A model generated the notes under the pieces. That model had not been told where the DNA came from. It saw only the letters and a list, made by a program, of their open reading frames with translations, and ran no database searches. Positions 39,610-52,447 of a stretch of 64,000 bases of DNA are shown here, one piece after another. The DNA lies in assembly GCA_028534125.1 (NCBI GenBank), contig CM052818.1, positions 34,846,001 through 34,910,000 on the forward strand, given 5' to 3'. The number at the start of each line of letters is the position of its first letter. The first letter of the stretch is position 1. The stretch comes from Lama glama (lineage: Eukaryota). The translations under genes were made by a program, and so were the position numbers.

Positions 39610-40860
39610 GATTTTTTTGTGGTCAGCTTCACTGAGGTGTAATTTACATACAATAAAATTTACCAGTTCAATGATTCTTAGTAAATACACACAGCTATGC
39701 AACCACCACAACAATCATGATATAGACTATTTCTGTTACACCAGAAAGTTCCCTCATAGCCCTTAGTAGTCAATCTTTTCCAACTTCTGACCCCTGGCAA
39801 CTACTTATCTACTTTTATCACAGCTGTTTTGCCTTTTCCAGAATGTCATATAAATGTAACCATACATTTTGTAGTCTTTTGTGTCTAGCTTCTTTCTCTT
39901 GGCATAATGCTTTTAAGATTCATTCATATTGTGCTTGTATCAGTAGTATCTTTTGAAGTGCTGAGTAGTATTCCATTGAATGGGCATACCACACATTGTT
40001 TTTCCATCCACCAGTAATGGACCTTTTGGGTTGTTTCTGGTTTTTGGTTATATTTTAACTAAAGTTTCTACAAACCTTCATGGACATGTTTCTGTAAGAC
40101 ACATTTTCCCCTTTCTCTCGGGGAGAGAAACCACATAATTCTTTTCCAAAGTGTCTGTATGATTTCTGCATTTCCACCAGCAACACCTGAGAGTTGTTCC
40201 TCATTCCTGTCAACACTTGGTATTGTCATTTTATTTTTAGCATTTCTAGTAGAAGTGTCATGATATGTTATTGCGGTTTTAATTTACATTTTCAGAATAG
40301 TTAATGAGGTTAAGTATCTTTTCATGTGCTTACTGGCCATTTGCATAGCTTCTTTTGTGAAATTTCTGTTCAAATTGCTTGCCCATTTTATTTTGGACTG
40401 TATGTTTTCTGATAATTGAGATGTAGGAATTATTTACATATTGTATATTTAAGCCCATATTGAATATATATACTGTAAAAATTTTGTCACAGTTCATGGC
40501 TTATCTTTTTATTTTCTTATCCATGTCTTTTGAAGAGAAAAAAATTTAATTTCTATGAAGTCCATTTATCAAATCTGTATTTCATAATTTGTGATTTTGG
40601 TGTCATGATCTTTGCCTAATTGAATGTTACAGAATTTTTTTCCTATATGTTTTCTAGAAGTTTAAAATAATTTGAGGCCTATGATCCATTTTGAGTCAAG
40701 TCTTATGCATGGTGTGAGGGATGTATTAAAGTTCATTTTTTCCCATACAGCTATCCCGTTGTTATACCACCATTTGTTGAAAAGGCCATCATTTCTCTAT
40801 TGAATTACATTGGCACTTTGATCAAAAACCAATTGACTCTGTTCTGTTCCCTTGATCTTA
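39610..40860 (-). mobile_element. Old L1 (L1M) fragment
   Basis: Minus-strand L1 3'UTR and ORF2 motifs. Confidence 0.8.
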
Positions 40861-40862
40861 AT

Positions 40863-41085
40863 CAGGGGCTGGTAAATTCTGCCTACCATTTATTTTGAAA
40901 ATAAAGTTTTATTTCAACTTTGAGATTAGATATGAGATTAGCCATGTTTATCCATTTTTGCATTGTCTATGGCTACTTTCCTACTACACTGGCAGAGTTA
41001 AGTAGTTGTGACCAATACCACATACCTTGCAAAACTGAAAATATTTACTATATGACCCTTTAAAGAAAGCATTTGCTGACCCCTG
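40863..41085. mobile_element. MER58-like hAT-Charlie MITE
   Basis: TIRs CAGGGGCTGGTAAA / TTTGCTGACCCCTG; 8-bp TSD ATCTTAAT / ATCTATAT. Confidence 0.78.
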
Positions 41086-41129
41086 ATCTATATGTCTATC
41101 TTTATGGCAATACTACACTCTTGTTGTTT

Positions 41130-43860
41130 TCAAGACTTACTCTTTATCTTTGGCTTTCAACAGTTTGATTATGATATACCTTGGCATGGGCTTCTTTGTA
41201 CTTATTCTGCTTGGTGTTTTTCATTTTATCTAAAATTTTTTTTTCAATCAAAATTGAGAAATTTTCAATTATTTCTTCTAAAATTTTTTCTTTCCCACTC
41301 TCTCTTGTCTCCATCTGCTATTCCAATTTTATGTATATTTGGCCATGAGATATCATCTGAGAGGTCTCTGGGACTCTTCTTTTTTTTTTCTCAGTATTTT
41401 TCTCTTTGTAATTCACCTTGGATAATTTTGAATGATCTATATTCAAGTTCACTGACTCTTCCCTCTCTCATGTACATGCAGCTGTTAAGTCCATTGATGA
41501 ATACTTTATTTCAGAGATTATATGATTTAGCTTCATGATTCCTATGTGGTTCCTTTTTGTTGTTTCTGTTTCTCTGAAAAGAGTTCCAATTTCTCTGCTG
41601 AAATTTGCATGCAACAAAACAAATTTTGTTTTATTTGATTGAGGGTAATTAATAGCTGCTTTAAAATCCTTGTTTGTTAATTCTAACATCTGTTCATCTC
41701 TGGGTTGTACTTGATTGATTTTTCTCTTGAGCATATGTTTTATTTTCTTGATCCTTCATTTGCAGATAACTTTGGATTGTTAATTTTATGAGTGTTATGA
41801 ATGTCAATGTGTGGAGATTCTGTACACTGCTCTCATATGGTTAATTTTATGTGTCAGTCTGGCTAGGTCACTATGCCTAGATATTTGTCCAAATGTTATT
41901 TTGGATATTTCTATGAAGGTGGTTTTGGATAAGATTAACATTTAAATTGGTAGGCTTTGAGTAAAGCAGATTACCCTCCATAATGTAGGTGGGCCTTATC
42001 CAATAAATTAAAGGACTTAATAGAACAAAGATAACCTCCTCTGAGCAAAAAGGAATTCTGCCACATACTACCTTTGACTCAAACTGCAACCCTTCCCTGG
42101 ATCTCCAGCCTGCCAAGATATCCTGCAGATTTTGGATTTATCAAACCTCCATAATTAAGTGAGCCAATTTCTTAAAATAAATCTCTCAATGTCCCTTTCT
42201 CTGTATACACATATGGATGCACACACAGTTGGTTCTGTTTCTCTGGAGGACCCTGACTAGTACAGTTATGTTTCTCCAATGAGTATTATTTCCTTTGCTT
42301 TCACAGGTAATTTCTTTGGCTGGGATGGAATGGCAAATCCTGTTTCTTATGCAGCATCTTCATCCTTTGTTCACATCATTTGTCTTTAGCTAAGCTACTT
42401 TGAGTTAGTTCCATGCATGTGTTTCAAGCATAAGCGAGAGATATGGGTAGACAGAGTTCAAAGATCTCCTCACTGGATCTTTTCTTTCTGAGGTTCTACT
42501 CTCTCCAGTCTTCACTGTTTTCCTGAAGGTTTCTTTTTTCTGCCCAGATCGTAAGGACTGTGTGTTTTTTTCTTATGAAAAAAGCCACCTGTTCTTTGTG
42601 TGCATCCTGGGAGGCACCTGGCCTTGGGTTCAGTCCGTCTGCTTCTGTTCAGTTTCCATGACCTGCAGGGTGCCAGCTCCAGTCGTGGTTCAGTTTGCCT
42701 TTGGCTGGGTTGCTTTGTGTGCTCAATTCATGAGTCAGCAAGGTGGGTCAGAGAGGTCGGGAGAGAGTCTTTACTGATTCTGCTCTTGCTCCAGTATCTT
42801 CAGGTAGTTCCTTTTTGTATTAAACCCAGATTTTATCATTGTTTTCTATAGGGAGGAATCATGTGGTAGAGGCTTACTCTATCACACCCAGAAGCAGAGT
42901 CACAGCGTTTGTATTTCTGAAAAAAAATCTATTTCACCTTCACTTTTGAAAGATTATTTTTGTTCTTGGTTGGCAGTTTTTTTCTTTCAGTGCTTTAGAG
43001 ATGTCTCTCTTCTCTTGGTCTACATTGTGACCAACAAAATGTCTGCTACCATCCTTATCTTTGTTCCTCTGCACATCATCTGTTTTTTCCCTCTGGTTCC
43101 TTTTAACATTTTCTCTTTATCTTTTTTTTTTAGCAATTTGATTATGATGTGGCTTGATGTGATTTTCTTCCTGTTTTCTCTGCTTGGAGTTTGTTGAGCT
43201 TCTTTGATTTGTGAATTTGTAGTTTTCATCAACTTGGAAACTTTTCAGTCATTATTTCTTCTAATATCTTTTCTGTCCTCTCCTCCATCCTACCCTCTCT
43301 TTCTGGGACTCCAGTTACATGTATGTAAGGCCGCTTAATGCTGTATCGGCCCTCTGATGTTCTGTTCATTTTTTAAATCAGCCTATTTTTTTCTATCTGT
43401 GTTTTATTTTGGATTGTTTCTATCACTGTTTTCACAGTCAATAATCTTTTCTTATTTAATGTTAGTCTTCTATCAACCGCATTCAATGCACTTTCCATCT
43501 CTGGGATTTTGATTTGGGTCTCTTTCATGTCTTCTACTTCACTCCCACAATGCTCATGCTCTCCTCTAGCTTCTTGAAGATATGAAACATATTTATAATA
43601 GCTGTTTTAATGTCCTTGAGTACTATCAGCAGTATAATTTCCGGATCTGTTTCGATTGATTGATTTTTCTAATGCTTCTTTGAATGACAGGTAATTTTTT
43701 AATCGGATACCAGATATTTTGAATTTTTTATTTTGGGGTACTAGAATGTTTTTGTGTTCTTTTAGATATTTGGGGGTTTTAGTATGGGATACAGTTAAAT
43801 TACTTGGCAACAGTTTCATCCTATCTCTGTTGCTTTTAAGCTTTTGTTAGGTGGGTTACA
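41130..43860 (-). mobile_element. HAL1/L1ME ORF1-region fragments interrupted by an MLT2 LTR
   Basis: T-rich decayed ORF1-like sequence; ORF 43020-43232 (-) reads like L1 ORF1 (…HIIIKLLKKKDKEKMLK…GTKIRMVAD). Confidence 0.65.
41835..42264 (+). mobile_element. MLT2 (ERVL) solo LTR
   Basis: ATGGTTAATTTTATGTGTCA…GAGTAAAGCAGATTACCCTCCATAATGTAGGTGGGCCT…GGTTCTGTTTCTCTGGAGGACCCTGACTAGTACA. Confidence 0.85.
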
Positions 43861-43998
43861 TTTGTGTTTATCAACATTATTTGAGGAGAATTTGAAAGGT
43901 GATTCACCAGGTGAAGATATGGTGAGAGGGAAGGCAAACAAAGGCATTCTTGGCAGAGGAAGCAATATATGAAAAGGAAGTCATAAAAGGACCTAGCT

Positions 43999-44120
43999 CA
44001 GGGCTGCCTGGCACAATTGTGCATGATTCTTGGAATTGCTTTTCATTCCTTCGTCTATGGGAATGGCACCTCCAGGAATTATGCAGTGCACAACCCATGA
44101 AGCTGTACACAGCAGCCATG
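43999..44120. mobile_element. MER91-like hAT-Tip100 MITE
   Basis: CAGGGCTGCC … TGCAGTGCACAACC … CAGCAGCCATG termini. Confidence 0.6.
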
Positions 44121-44912
44121 CCTGTCATGGCTAGGGATGATAAGAAATTTGCTATGACTGGAAGGCGGGGTGGGTAGGATAGAGAAGCAGGAGAAGCCAG
44201 ATCCAGAGCTGGGGCAATATAACTGACTCAGATTTTGTCAGAGACTTACTTCAAAACTCCACCCTACCCCCGCCCTGACTAGATGAGGGATTGTACAAGC
44301 TTCTTCCTCTTGGATCCCTCAGCTCTCTGAGCCAACAGGGCTGCCACAGAACTGGGGCCGAAGTGAAACCCGAGTCAGGAAGGAGAAATGCTGAGCGGGC
44401 TCCAGCTTGTCTTGCTACACTACTCTGGTCTCAGCAAGCTGAGGAACCAACACCGCATCCTTCCTCTATCATGGGCTTCCTCTCTCGCTGCAGCCTCAGC
44501 ATACTCCACTGCCTGGGAAAATGAGGTAAATCTGGATGGGAAGCTGCGCCCACCTACCTAACACCTAGGTTTGTGTCACTGAGTCACTGGAGGGGGTTTC
44601 TGAAAGCACAAAAAGTGAAATGAAAATTCCCAAGTTCCCCACGTATCTTCCCCATGGCCTGCCAGAGTGAGGGGCACTCCTCGAAAGATATCTCTTGGAT
44701 CAACACTCTCTGTAAGCCCTCGTTATGCTTTGTGTGTGTGTGTGAGTTATATGCTTAGTAAGGGCATTAAATGGTTGAAGTAGGGCCTCCCTGTTGGGCT
44801 AGAAGGAATTATCCACTGTCTGTCAGAGAGGGCATGGCCTCTTCTGGAAGGTGAGGTTCATGTTTAAGCTCCGACTTTCTTCTGGTTGCTTGGGCAAAAA
44901 GCATATTCCTTA

Positions 44913-45519
44913 ATAGCCAAGACATGGAAGCAACCTAAATATATGTTGACAGATGAATGGATAGGCAAGTTGTGGGGAGTGTGTGTATACACACTACTCA
45001 GCCATAAAAAAGAATAAAATAATGCCATTTGCAGCAACATGGACGGACCTAGAGATCATCATACTAAGTGAAGTAATAGAAAGAATAGAAAGCCAGAAAT
45101 AGAAAGAATAATACCATATAATATCACTTGTACATAGATTCTTAAAAATTACACAAATGAATTATTTATAAAACAGAAACAGGGGGAGAGGGTATAGTTC
45201 AGTGGTAGAGCACATGCTTAGCATGCACGAGGTCCTGGGTTAATTACTCAGTACCTCTATTAAAATTTTTTTAAAAAAAAACCCTAATTACCCCCCAGAA
45301 AAAGCCCCCAAATAAAACAGAACACATTCACAGACACAGAAAACAAACTTATGGTTACCAGGGGGGAAGTGGGGAGTGGAGGGATAAACTGGGAGTTCAG
45401 GATTTGTAGATACTAACTACTATATATAAAATAGATAAACAACAAGATCCTACTGTTTGGCACAGGGAACTATATTCAATACCTTGTAATAGCCTATAAG
45501 AAAAAGAACATGAAAAGGA

Positions 45520-45550
<31 letters not shown>

Positions 45551-45684
45551 ACTGAATCACTATGCTGTATACCAGAAATTAACACAACACTGTAAACCGA
45601 CTATACTTCAGTTCTTCTGTACTTCAACAATAACAACAAATAAAACAAAAAACAAGCAAAAAAAGAACTGAAAACATTTATTTT
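44913..45684 (+). mobile_element. 5'-truncated L1 (ORF2 end and 3'UTR, with (TA)n)
   Basis: L1 motifs ATAGCCAAGACATGGAAGCAACCTAAAT and CAAACTTATGGTTACCAG, then an A-rich tail. TSD AAAAAG(CA/TG)TATTC(C/T)TTA at 44896-44912 and 45685-45701, showing CpG decay on opposite strands. Confidence 0.88.
45182..45311 (+). mobile_element. Vic-1-type SINE nested in an L1 3' end
   Basis: Typical head; ATAAAACAGAA is duplicated at ~45168 and ~45312. Confidence 0.88.
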
Positions 45685-46959
45685 AAAAAGTGTATTCTTT
45701 AAAGTAGAAACTGGGACTAATGGAAGGTTTCCAAGGAATGGCAGAGTGAGATGCTCTCTTGGCTCTGGCAAAAAAGGGAGCAGTTCTAGAGAAATAAGTG
45801 GTAGTACGACACCTCCCCAAGGAGGAGACAAAAGCCAGGACAAGGAACCCGGGAGAGGTGCCATGGTTGCACCAGGACTCCAGGACTAGCGTCTGTGTGC
45901 TGAGATCAGATGTCAACTGGAGATCCGGCCCTGGGACTAAGTTAACCATGGTATGAGTAGATACCTTTCCAACCTAGCTATTTGGCTTATCTTTCTCCTT
46001 CTTCACAAGGCCAACTTTTAAATCAACCAACAGGGATATACGGCACACCTAAAATGTGTTCCCTGTGGCTTGGGTCTTACAAGGAGTAGAGAACTAAAGA
46101 CACAGGCTCTCCCCGCAAGGAGGCTTCTAAGTAACTAGAGGAAGGAGAACACGGCGTGTGACGGAACGGTACGGCTGGTATGATGTTTTGTTTCTACTTT
46201 AAGCCCGAATGAAAAGTAGCATGAACTCCCTGAGCAGACACCAGCTGGGCAACAGTGAGAACGTGAGGCATCCCAGGAGGAGGGGAGGAGCTATCCCAAT
46301 CCTGGGACTCAAAACTGTTTCCAGTTCATCCATAAATGTTGATGATCCATGTGAGTTGTCAAATAAACTGTAATATTCCTAAAAAATGAATAAGCAAGAT
46401 AACGAAAGACCATCTCTAAATACACGCTAAACGGTGTGGGCTCAGGGGAAATCCACCAGCACCCAAGAGGATCCTGGTGCCAGAAAAGGTCGAATTCTCA
46501 CTCAGGTGAGGGCTAAAGTAAGAGTAGGCTTGGTATAAACAAAGAGCATCCTGGATAGGTGGACAGCGCAGGGAAAAGGCAAAGAAATAATCACCTTCAA
46601 AATAATTCCCATTTCCATTGAATTTTAAAGTTTTCAAAGAAACTTCGTAGCCCTGATCTTTTTCTTTCTTTCTTTTTTAATCTTCCCAGCAGCCTCAAAC
46701 ACTTGGCAGAACAGAGATTCCTACTCACAAGGAAAGAGAGAACTAAAGAGTATCTGTGGATTTTGTTTGCTCAGCCTCCCTCCCTCCCATCTAGGATCCT
46801 GGTTTTCCTTGGGAAAACATCTCTCTCTATTCACAGAACATCCGGGGTTCTGACTCCACCCTTGAATCCAGGGTGAGCCTAACCAGACCTGGTCTACCAC
46901 TGGCCACAGTAGTTCAGGGATGGGACCCAAGTAGGCTGATGAGATTCACATCCAGAACC

Positions 46960-47186
46960 TTTTACAGAATATCAAGGGAAGAAAATAAAGCCAGTGCAGA
47001 GGAAAGCAGCATCAAGAGATCACTTCCTGGTGACACTGTTTGGGTCCTTAGATCCAGTTGTGCCTGAAGCTAGATCTATCCTAGGATTTTCTGAGAGATC
47101 CTCAAGCCATTACATTTTCTTCTTGATATAAACCAGTTTGAATTTGGTTTCTGTTACTTGCTACTAATAGAGTCCTGGCTGATTCA
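46960..47186 (+). mobile_element. MLT1-type LTR 3' fragment
   Basis: …GATCCAGTTGTGCCTGAAGCTAG…AAACCAGTTTGAATTTGGTTTCTGTTACTTGC…GTCCTGGCTGATTCA. Confidence 0.6.
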
Positions 47187-48717
47187 GAAAGCTTAGACAA
47201 TATATTTAAATTCAGAGAGCTAATAAATGACAGAGTGGCAACTAGCATACAGGTTTTGTTTCTGATCCTGTGTTCTTAGACTAAGTGTAGTAACTAGAGT
47301 GATAGTAGTGTGGGAGACGATTATTCAGCATGGTGGGGCTGGGCTTGACTACAAGACAGTCTAGGAAGTCAGACAAGGAATAGGGAGCATCAAAAGGTTC
47401 TTGAACAATTTAAAAGAAAAATTTAAAGAAAATAATGGTACAGGCAATGTTCTGCTTCTTAAAATGGGGGATGGTTATAGCCCACATACAGTCACTCTAA
47501 ATTATGCAGATGTGGTTTGTACGCTCTTCTGAATAAATGCATGATACAATGTATACTTTTGAAAAAATGAAAAAAGAAAATAATGTGTAGGTGGTGGTCT
47601 ACAGAATGGGATGGAGAAGAGAGACCTTGCAACCAGAGATGCAGGAAGGAAGCTGATTCTGAGGTGAAGGCTTAAGGTAAGGAAGGTATGGAGTGGAGCA
47701 GTGGGAATAGGGATGGGGAGGGTGAAAAGGTAAGAGAGGCTTCCTGGGTGAATGAGGGCATGAGAAAAATCTAGCTCCAAATACTGGTAATGATGACAGA
47801 GACATGGTAGTTGAGAGTGAGGACCTGGTTAGGGATGTGGTTACATTTTGAAACTGTTCAGGTGTGAACATCCAAACCATGGATCTGTAGCATCATTTGG
47901 TTGGAAGAAACAAAACCCTCCTCGAGTTAGCTCAAGTGGGGATCTGGAAAGGCAAAGACCGATACTTCGCCCACTGTGTCTCTGGGGCACATGTGGTCTT
48001 TCCTCTGCCCACCAGGTCCTTCTGCTTTCTTGGAGGGAGGGCCCCCGGGCAGAAGCTGGACTGTCCCAGGAACCCCCCAGGGAGGCAAGACCACTGGTAA
48101 AGGTGCCAAGTGAAGCACCAATGGAAAGTCTTTCAGAAATGTCTAGAAGTAACCACTGGGTGACAAACAGGTCCTGGTGTCCGTGTGGGCAAGTTGTAAG
48201 AAAAGCGACAGAAAAGTGGGCCTCGCTTTAGTCTGGGAAAGGGAAGCAGCAAGGTCAAGGTCTGAGCCCAGGCATGCTGACGTGCACAAGGGTGTGAGAA
48301 GGCCTCGTGGCCAGTGACATTCTCCACAAGACTCTTCCTTTCAGCCCAAACAGGCTCCCCCATCCCCAGCTCCTGGAAGCCTCCCTTCCTTCACTTCAGA
48401 CTCCTTCAAAGCTGCTCCCTGGCTCCCCTCCTCCGCACTCCTCCCACCTCAGCACCAGGCCTGCCCTGCTGGCACTCCTTAGAAACGTGCTAGCAAGGTT
48501 TCCAAGGACATCCTGGTGGCCATATCCTGGCAACAGACACTCCCTAGCCCTAATCTTTCATTCATTCATTTTTCATTCATTCATTTACTCAAACAATATT
48601 TGTTAGGAGCCAACTACTTGCCGGGTGCTGGGGAAACAATATTGAGCAAAATCCATTAGGCAGAGAAGTTCTCGGTAGAGCCAGTGTCTACTTCTTCCTC
48701 TCGAGACGCCACACAGT

Positions 48718-48820
48718 CATGCGTGCGCGCAGACGCACACACGCCATGTACACACGCGCGCACATGCACGCAGGCGCATGTACACATGCACGCACGCAGG
48801 CGCGTGCGCTCGCACACGCT
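48718..48820. repeat. CpG-rich alternating purine-pyrimidine tract
   Basis: CATGCGTGCGCGCAGACGCACACACGCCATGTACACACGCGCGCACATGCACGCAGGCGCATG... Confidence 0.85.
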
Positions 48821-51519
48821 TTTTCTGTTTATGTCCTCCGCAAAGCCTCTGAGTAGGGATGCAGCTGCCAGGCATGTGATCTACGTGGGACACAGACAAA
48901 CGAGGAGGAAGTTAGGCCAGTAGCCTAAGGAAGCTGGGGAGGAAGAGGAGCCAGACAGCCTGGAGGCGGCACCCCAGGACCTACACGTCTGTCTGCTGGC
49001 CATTTGCTAGTGACCCGACGGAGAAGGACACACTGCCAGGATCGCAGGTTCTGGCCGCTTCAGGCAGTTCTTGAGGCAAGTCGCTTCCCAGAGGGTCAGA
49101 GAGGGACCCAGGGGGCTGGTTCCAGCCTTTGGGGAGGCATGCAGTCTGGGCATGTGCCTACTACATCATACTGCTTCGCCTAATCCTGGCCTTGCTCCTG
49201 GAGCATAAGCTCCTAGAATTGCCCCCAGGAAGGAGGGAATCTCTGGGCCAGACCCTGAGCTCCGGGCCAGACACTGGCATCTTATAAATACAATGAGCCA
49301 GCCCATCAGGGCTTCAGCTGACTGAACACTCAAAGGTTCTGGTGACCAAGGTCCCAGAATTTTCCTGTCTTTCTCTTTATGTAACTCTAATTATATAAAG
49401 TAAATGAAGAATAAAGAGGAGAAGGAGAAAGAAGATGGGGGAAGGAGAAAAGGAGTAGGAAAGGAAGGAGGAGGTAGAGAAGGAAAGCGTTTTTTAAAAA
49501 GCACGGCCCTGATAGGAGTATTTCTTTGCTTAAAACCTTTTAATAACTTCCCATTGTTCACTCAATAACCACATCCCACTTCACTCTTCTCCCCCTCCCT
49601 CCCCACCCCTTCCAGTCATATGGGGCTTCTGGAGCCTACAAGGATGTGTTCACACATATCTTCTGGGAAATTGCCCCATGGGGTTGCAGCAACTGAAACA
49701 AAGGAGGCACCATAATGGTCCTATCATAAGGAGCATAGAGAGCTACAGAAAGGGGGTTTTACTCCTAGGTCTGACTAGAGGACCGTGGGAAAATCATGGT
49801 CTAAGCCTCCATTTCTTCACCTGGTCAGTGGTCAGGGAAATAATCCCTGCCCTACCTGCCTTGCTGGGTTACTGGGAGACTCAGGTGAGGTAAAAAGCCT
49901 GGAAACCTTTGTGAATTATCAAGTACTGAACAAATAAGGGATTGTTCCTTTGCTAAGTAAATTACCTTGAGAAGTGTCAGAGGCCCACCTCTTTCATCTC
50001 TCAGCACTTTTCTTTATAATAACCTGTTATGTCATTATAGTACTTGACACCTTTCAGTGTACTTTTATCAATATGATGTCGGTGGTTCTGACATCATCTC
50101 TGTGCAGTGGCTGGACAGGGCTGCCCCTTGCTGGGCAACTAAGGGCACAGGCTCAGAGGGGTGAAGTTACCAGAGGGCCCATTGTCACGGGGCATGCTGT
50201 GGCCGAGCCAGGCCTGAGCTCAGGTTTCCTGACAGCCGCTCAGGCATGCTCCCAGCTCCTGGAGCCGCTCTGCTCCCGGCCCTTACCAGCTGTTCTTTTA
50301 GGTTCTAAACCTTCAGAGGGTACAGGCAGGGTCTTCTTGGGGGATTAACTTCCCCATGGCTGTTAGCACGGCCTCTGGTGGGGCTATTTCAGGGGACACT
50401 TGAGCTTTGGCTGGTGAGACAGGCTTGGCTTTTGAACATCTATGCAGCTGAGGCCCATGCAAGTTTGCCCAGATTCCTTTGTCATTTGGCTCTGACAACA
50501 GTCAGCCAACAGTCAGACCAGAGTTGTACGTTTTGTACCACTTTGGAATCCTTCCTCCAGGTGTGATTCTAGCCACAAAGCGTGCTAACGCCTAGTACTC
50601 CACAAACACCATTTGAAGGCTCACTCTCACAGCCAGCAAGTGTGTCCACGTCCAGCCACTGGGGTAAGGCGAGACAGAAACACAGGCGTGCTCCTTGACC
50701 TGGAGTTGCTCACAGCTGGAGAAACAGCTGCACATGGGAAAAGAACAGCAGAAAAGATGCTGTGAGCACCGTATCAAGGCCGGGGGGTGGGGGGAGGGGG
50801 GACACGATGACCCTCCTGGATAAGAGACAATATGAGCTCAGAAAGACTGAGACCTCTGGGGACTGGGAGGCGCTGAGGAAGCTTCCTGGCAGAGTACACC
50901 CGTGTCCCCCTCCCCCAAGTCAATCTCGGGGTCAGACTGAAACATTCTTGCTCTTTGTGAATCACACGGGGGAAACCGCCTCTGCAGCATTCCAGGAGGC
51001 AAAAGCCGGGCCCTCCGTCTGACTGCTGATTGGCAGTGGTGTGAGTCAGGGGAAATGGCACCAGACAGGCAGCCCGGAGATGCGAGACCCCACGTCTTGA
51101 TCTACACAAGAGGCAGAGAGATTCAGGCCCTTTTCCTGCCAAGGTCAGAGGCCTGGGTGGCCCGAGTTTGGCCTCAACCCAGGTCTCCTTCTGTTGCTGG
51201 AGCCTCCCATCGATTCCGTGATTCCAGAAAGAAGGCAGGCAGCAGGCAGTGGGAGACGCAATCTGGAATTCAAGAGAGCAAAGCTAGAATGAGAGCACTC
51301 CAGGTGGGCAGTACCTCCCACCCCATGGCAACTGCCACGTCTTTTCCTGAGTCCCAGAGGGGTTGAATGAGACTGAGAAGAGTGATGGGAGTTGTTCCTA
51401 CGACATTTATAATAGTTCCAAATAAAAAAAAATCAGAGACAGCCTAACTGTGCAATAGGGAGAGTGATCTGAAATAAATCGTAAAGTTAAGCAGCCATTC
51501 AAAACAACAAAGCTTTTCA

Positions 51520-52408
51520 AAAATTATATAGAATAAAGATTGATAAATGTGTCTACATGAAAATTAAGGAATCTTGGTTATAAAAAGGTGCCACGAGAAG
51601 AATGAAATGTCACACCACCAAGGAAATGCTTGCAACACATTTTTATAAGCAACAAAAGGCTCAGAGCCAAAATATAAAAGAACTCTTTAAAGCAGGAAGA
51701 AAAAGAAAGGTGACTCAGTAAAAAAATAATCAAGAGACATGACAGGGCAATTCCCAAAAGAAGACACAGAAATGCCATGTCATAAGCATGTGAAAAGCTG
51801 CTCACCTTTATTTATTGTCAGAGAAGTCCAAATTAAAGCCACAATGAGATACCAAGTATCTAAAACTAAGAATGTCAATATTAAGTGTAGTCTCTGATGG
51901 GAAGCGCCTGGAGCTCTCACACACTGCTGGCACTGCAGATTGTTATTCCCACCTCGGAAAGCAGTTTGACATTATTAACTGAAGTTAAAGACATGCATTC
52001 CCTACAACCTAGCAATCACACCCCTGGGTACGTGTGCAAAAGAAATGTGTCCAGTGTGCACAGGAGACGGGAACAAGAGTGCTCATGGCGGCATAACTTG
52101 TAATAACCCCAAGCTGGAAACAACCCAAATAAATGTCCATCAAGAGAAAAATGATAGATGGTATATTTACACAACAAAATATTATAGAGTAGTAATGGAT
52201 GAATGCTAGCCAGACACAACCACGTGGATGAATCTCTCAAATGAAAGAAACCGGAAAAAAGCCAGACACAAAAGAATACACACTTCATGAGTTTATGCAA
52301 AGCTCAAAAATGAACAAAACAAAATCATAATCTTTAGATGGGAAAAGAACAAAAAGAAACAAGCAGGTGATATATTCGATACCTTGTCATAGCCTATAAT
52401 GAAAAGGA

Positions 52409-52447
<39 letters not shown>

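Noticed and set aside
1275..45311. tRNA-Ala genes at the six tRNA-like sequences
   Set aside because: All have SINE-type tails, several have clear TSDs, and their stems are mutated; they are SINE copies.
31270..48470. REST/RE1 sites upstream of neuronal KIF3C (TCAGCACC at ~31271 and ~48449, GGACAGCGC at ~46561)
   Set aside because: Only isolated half-sites; none has the full 21-bp arrangement.
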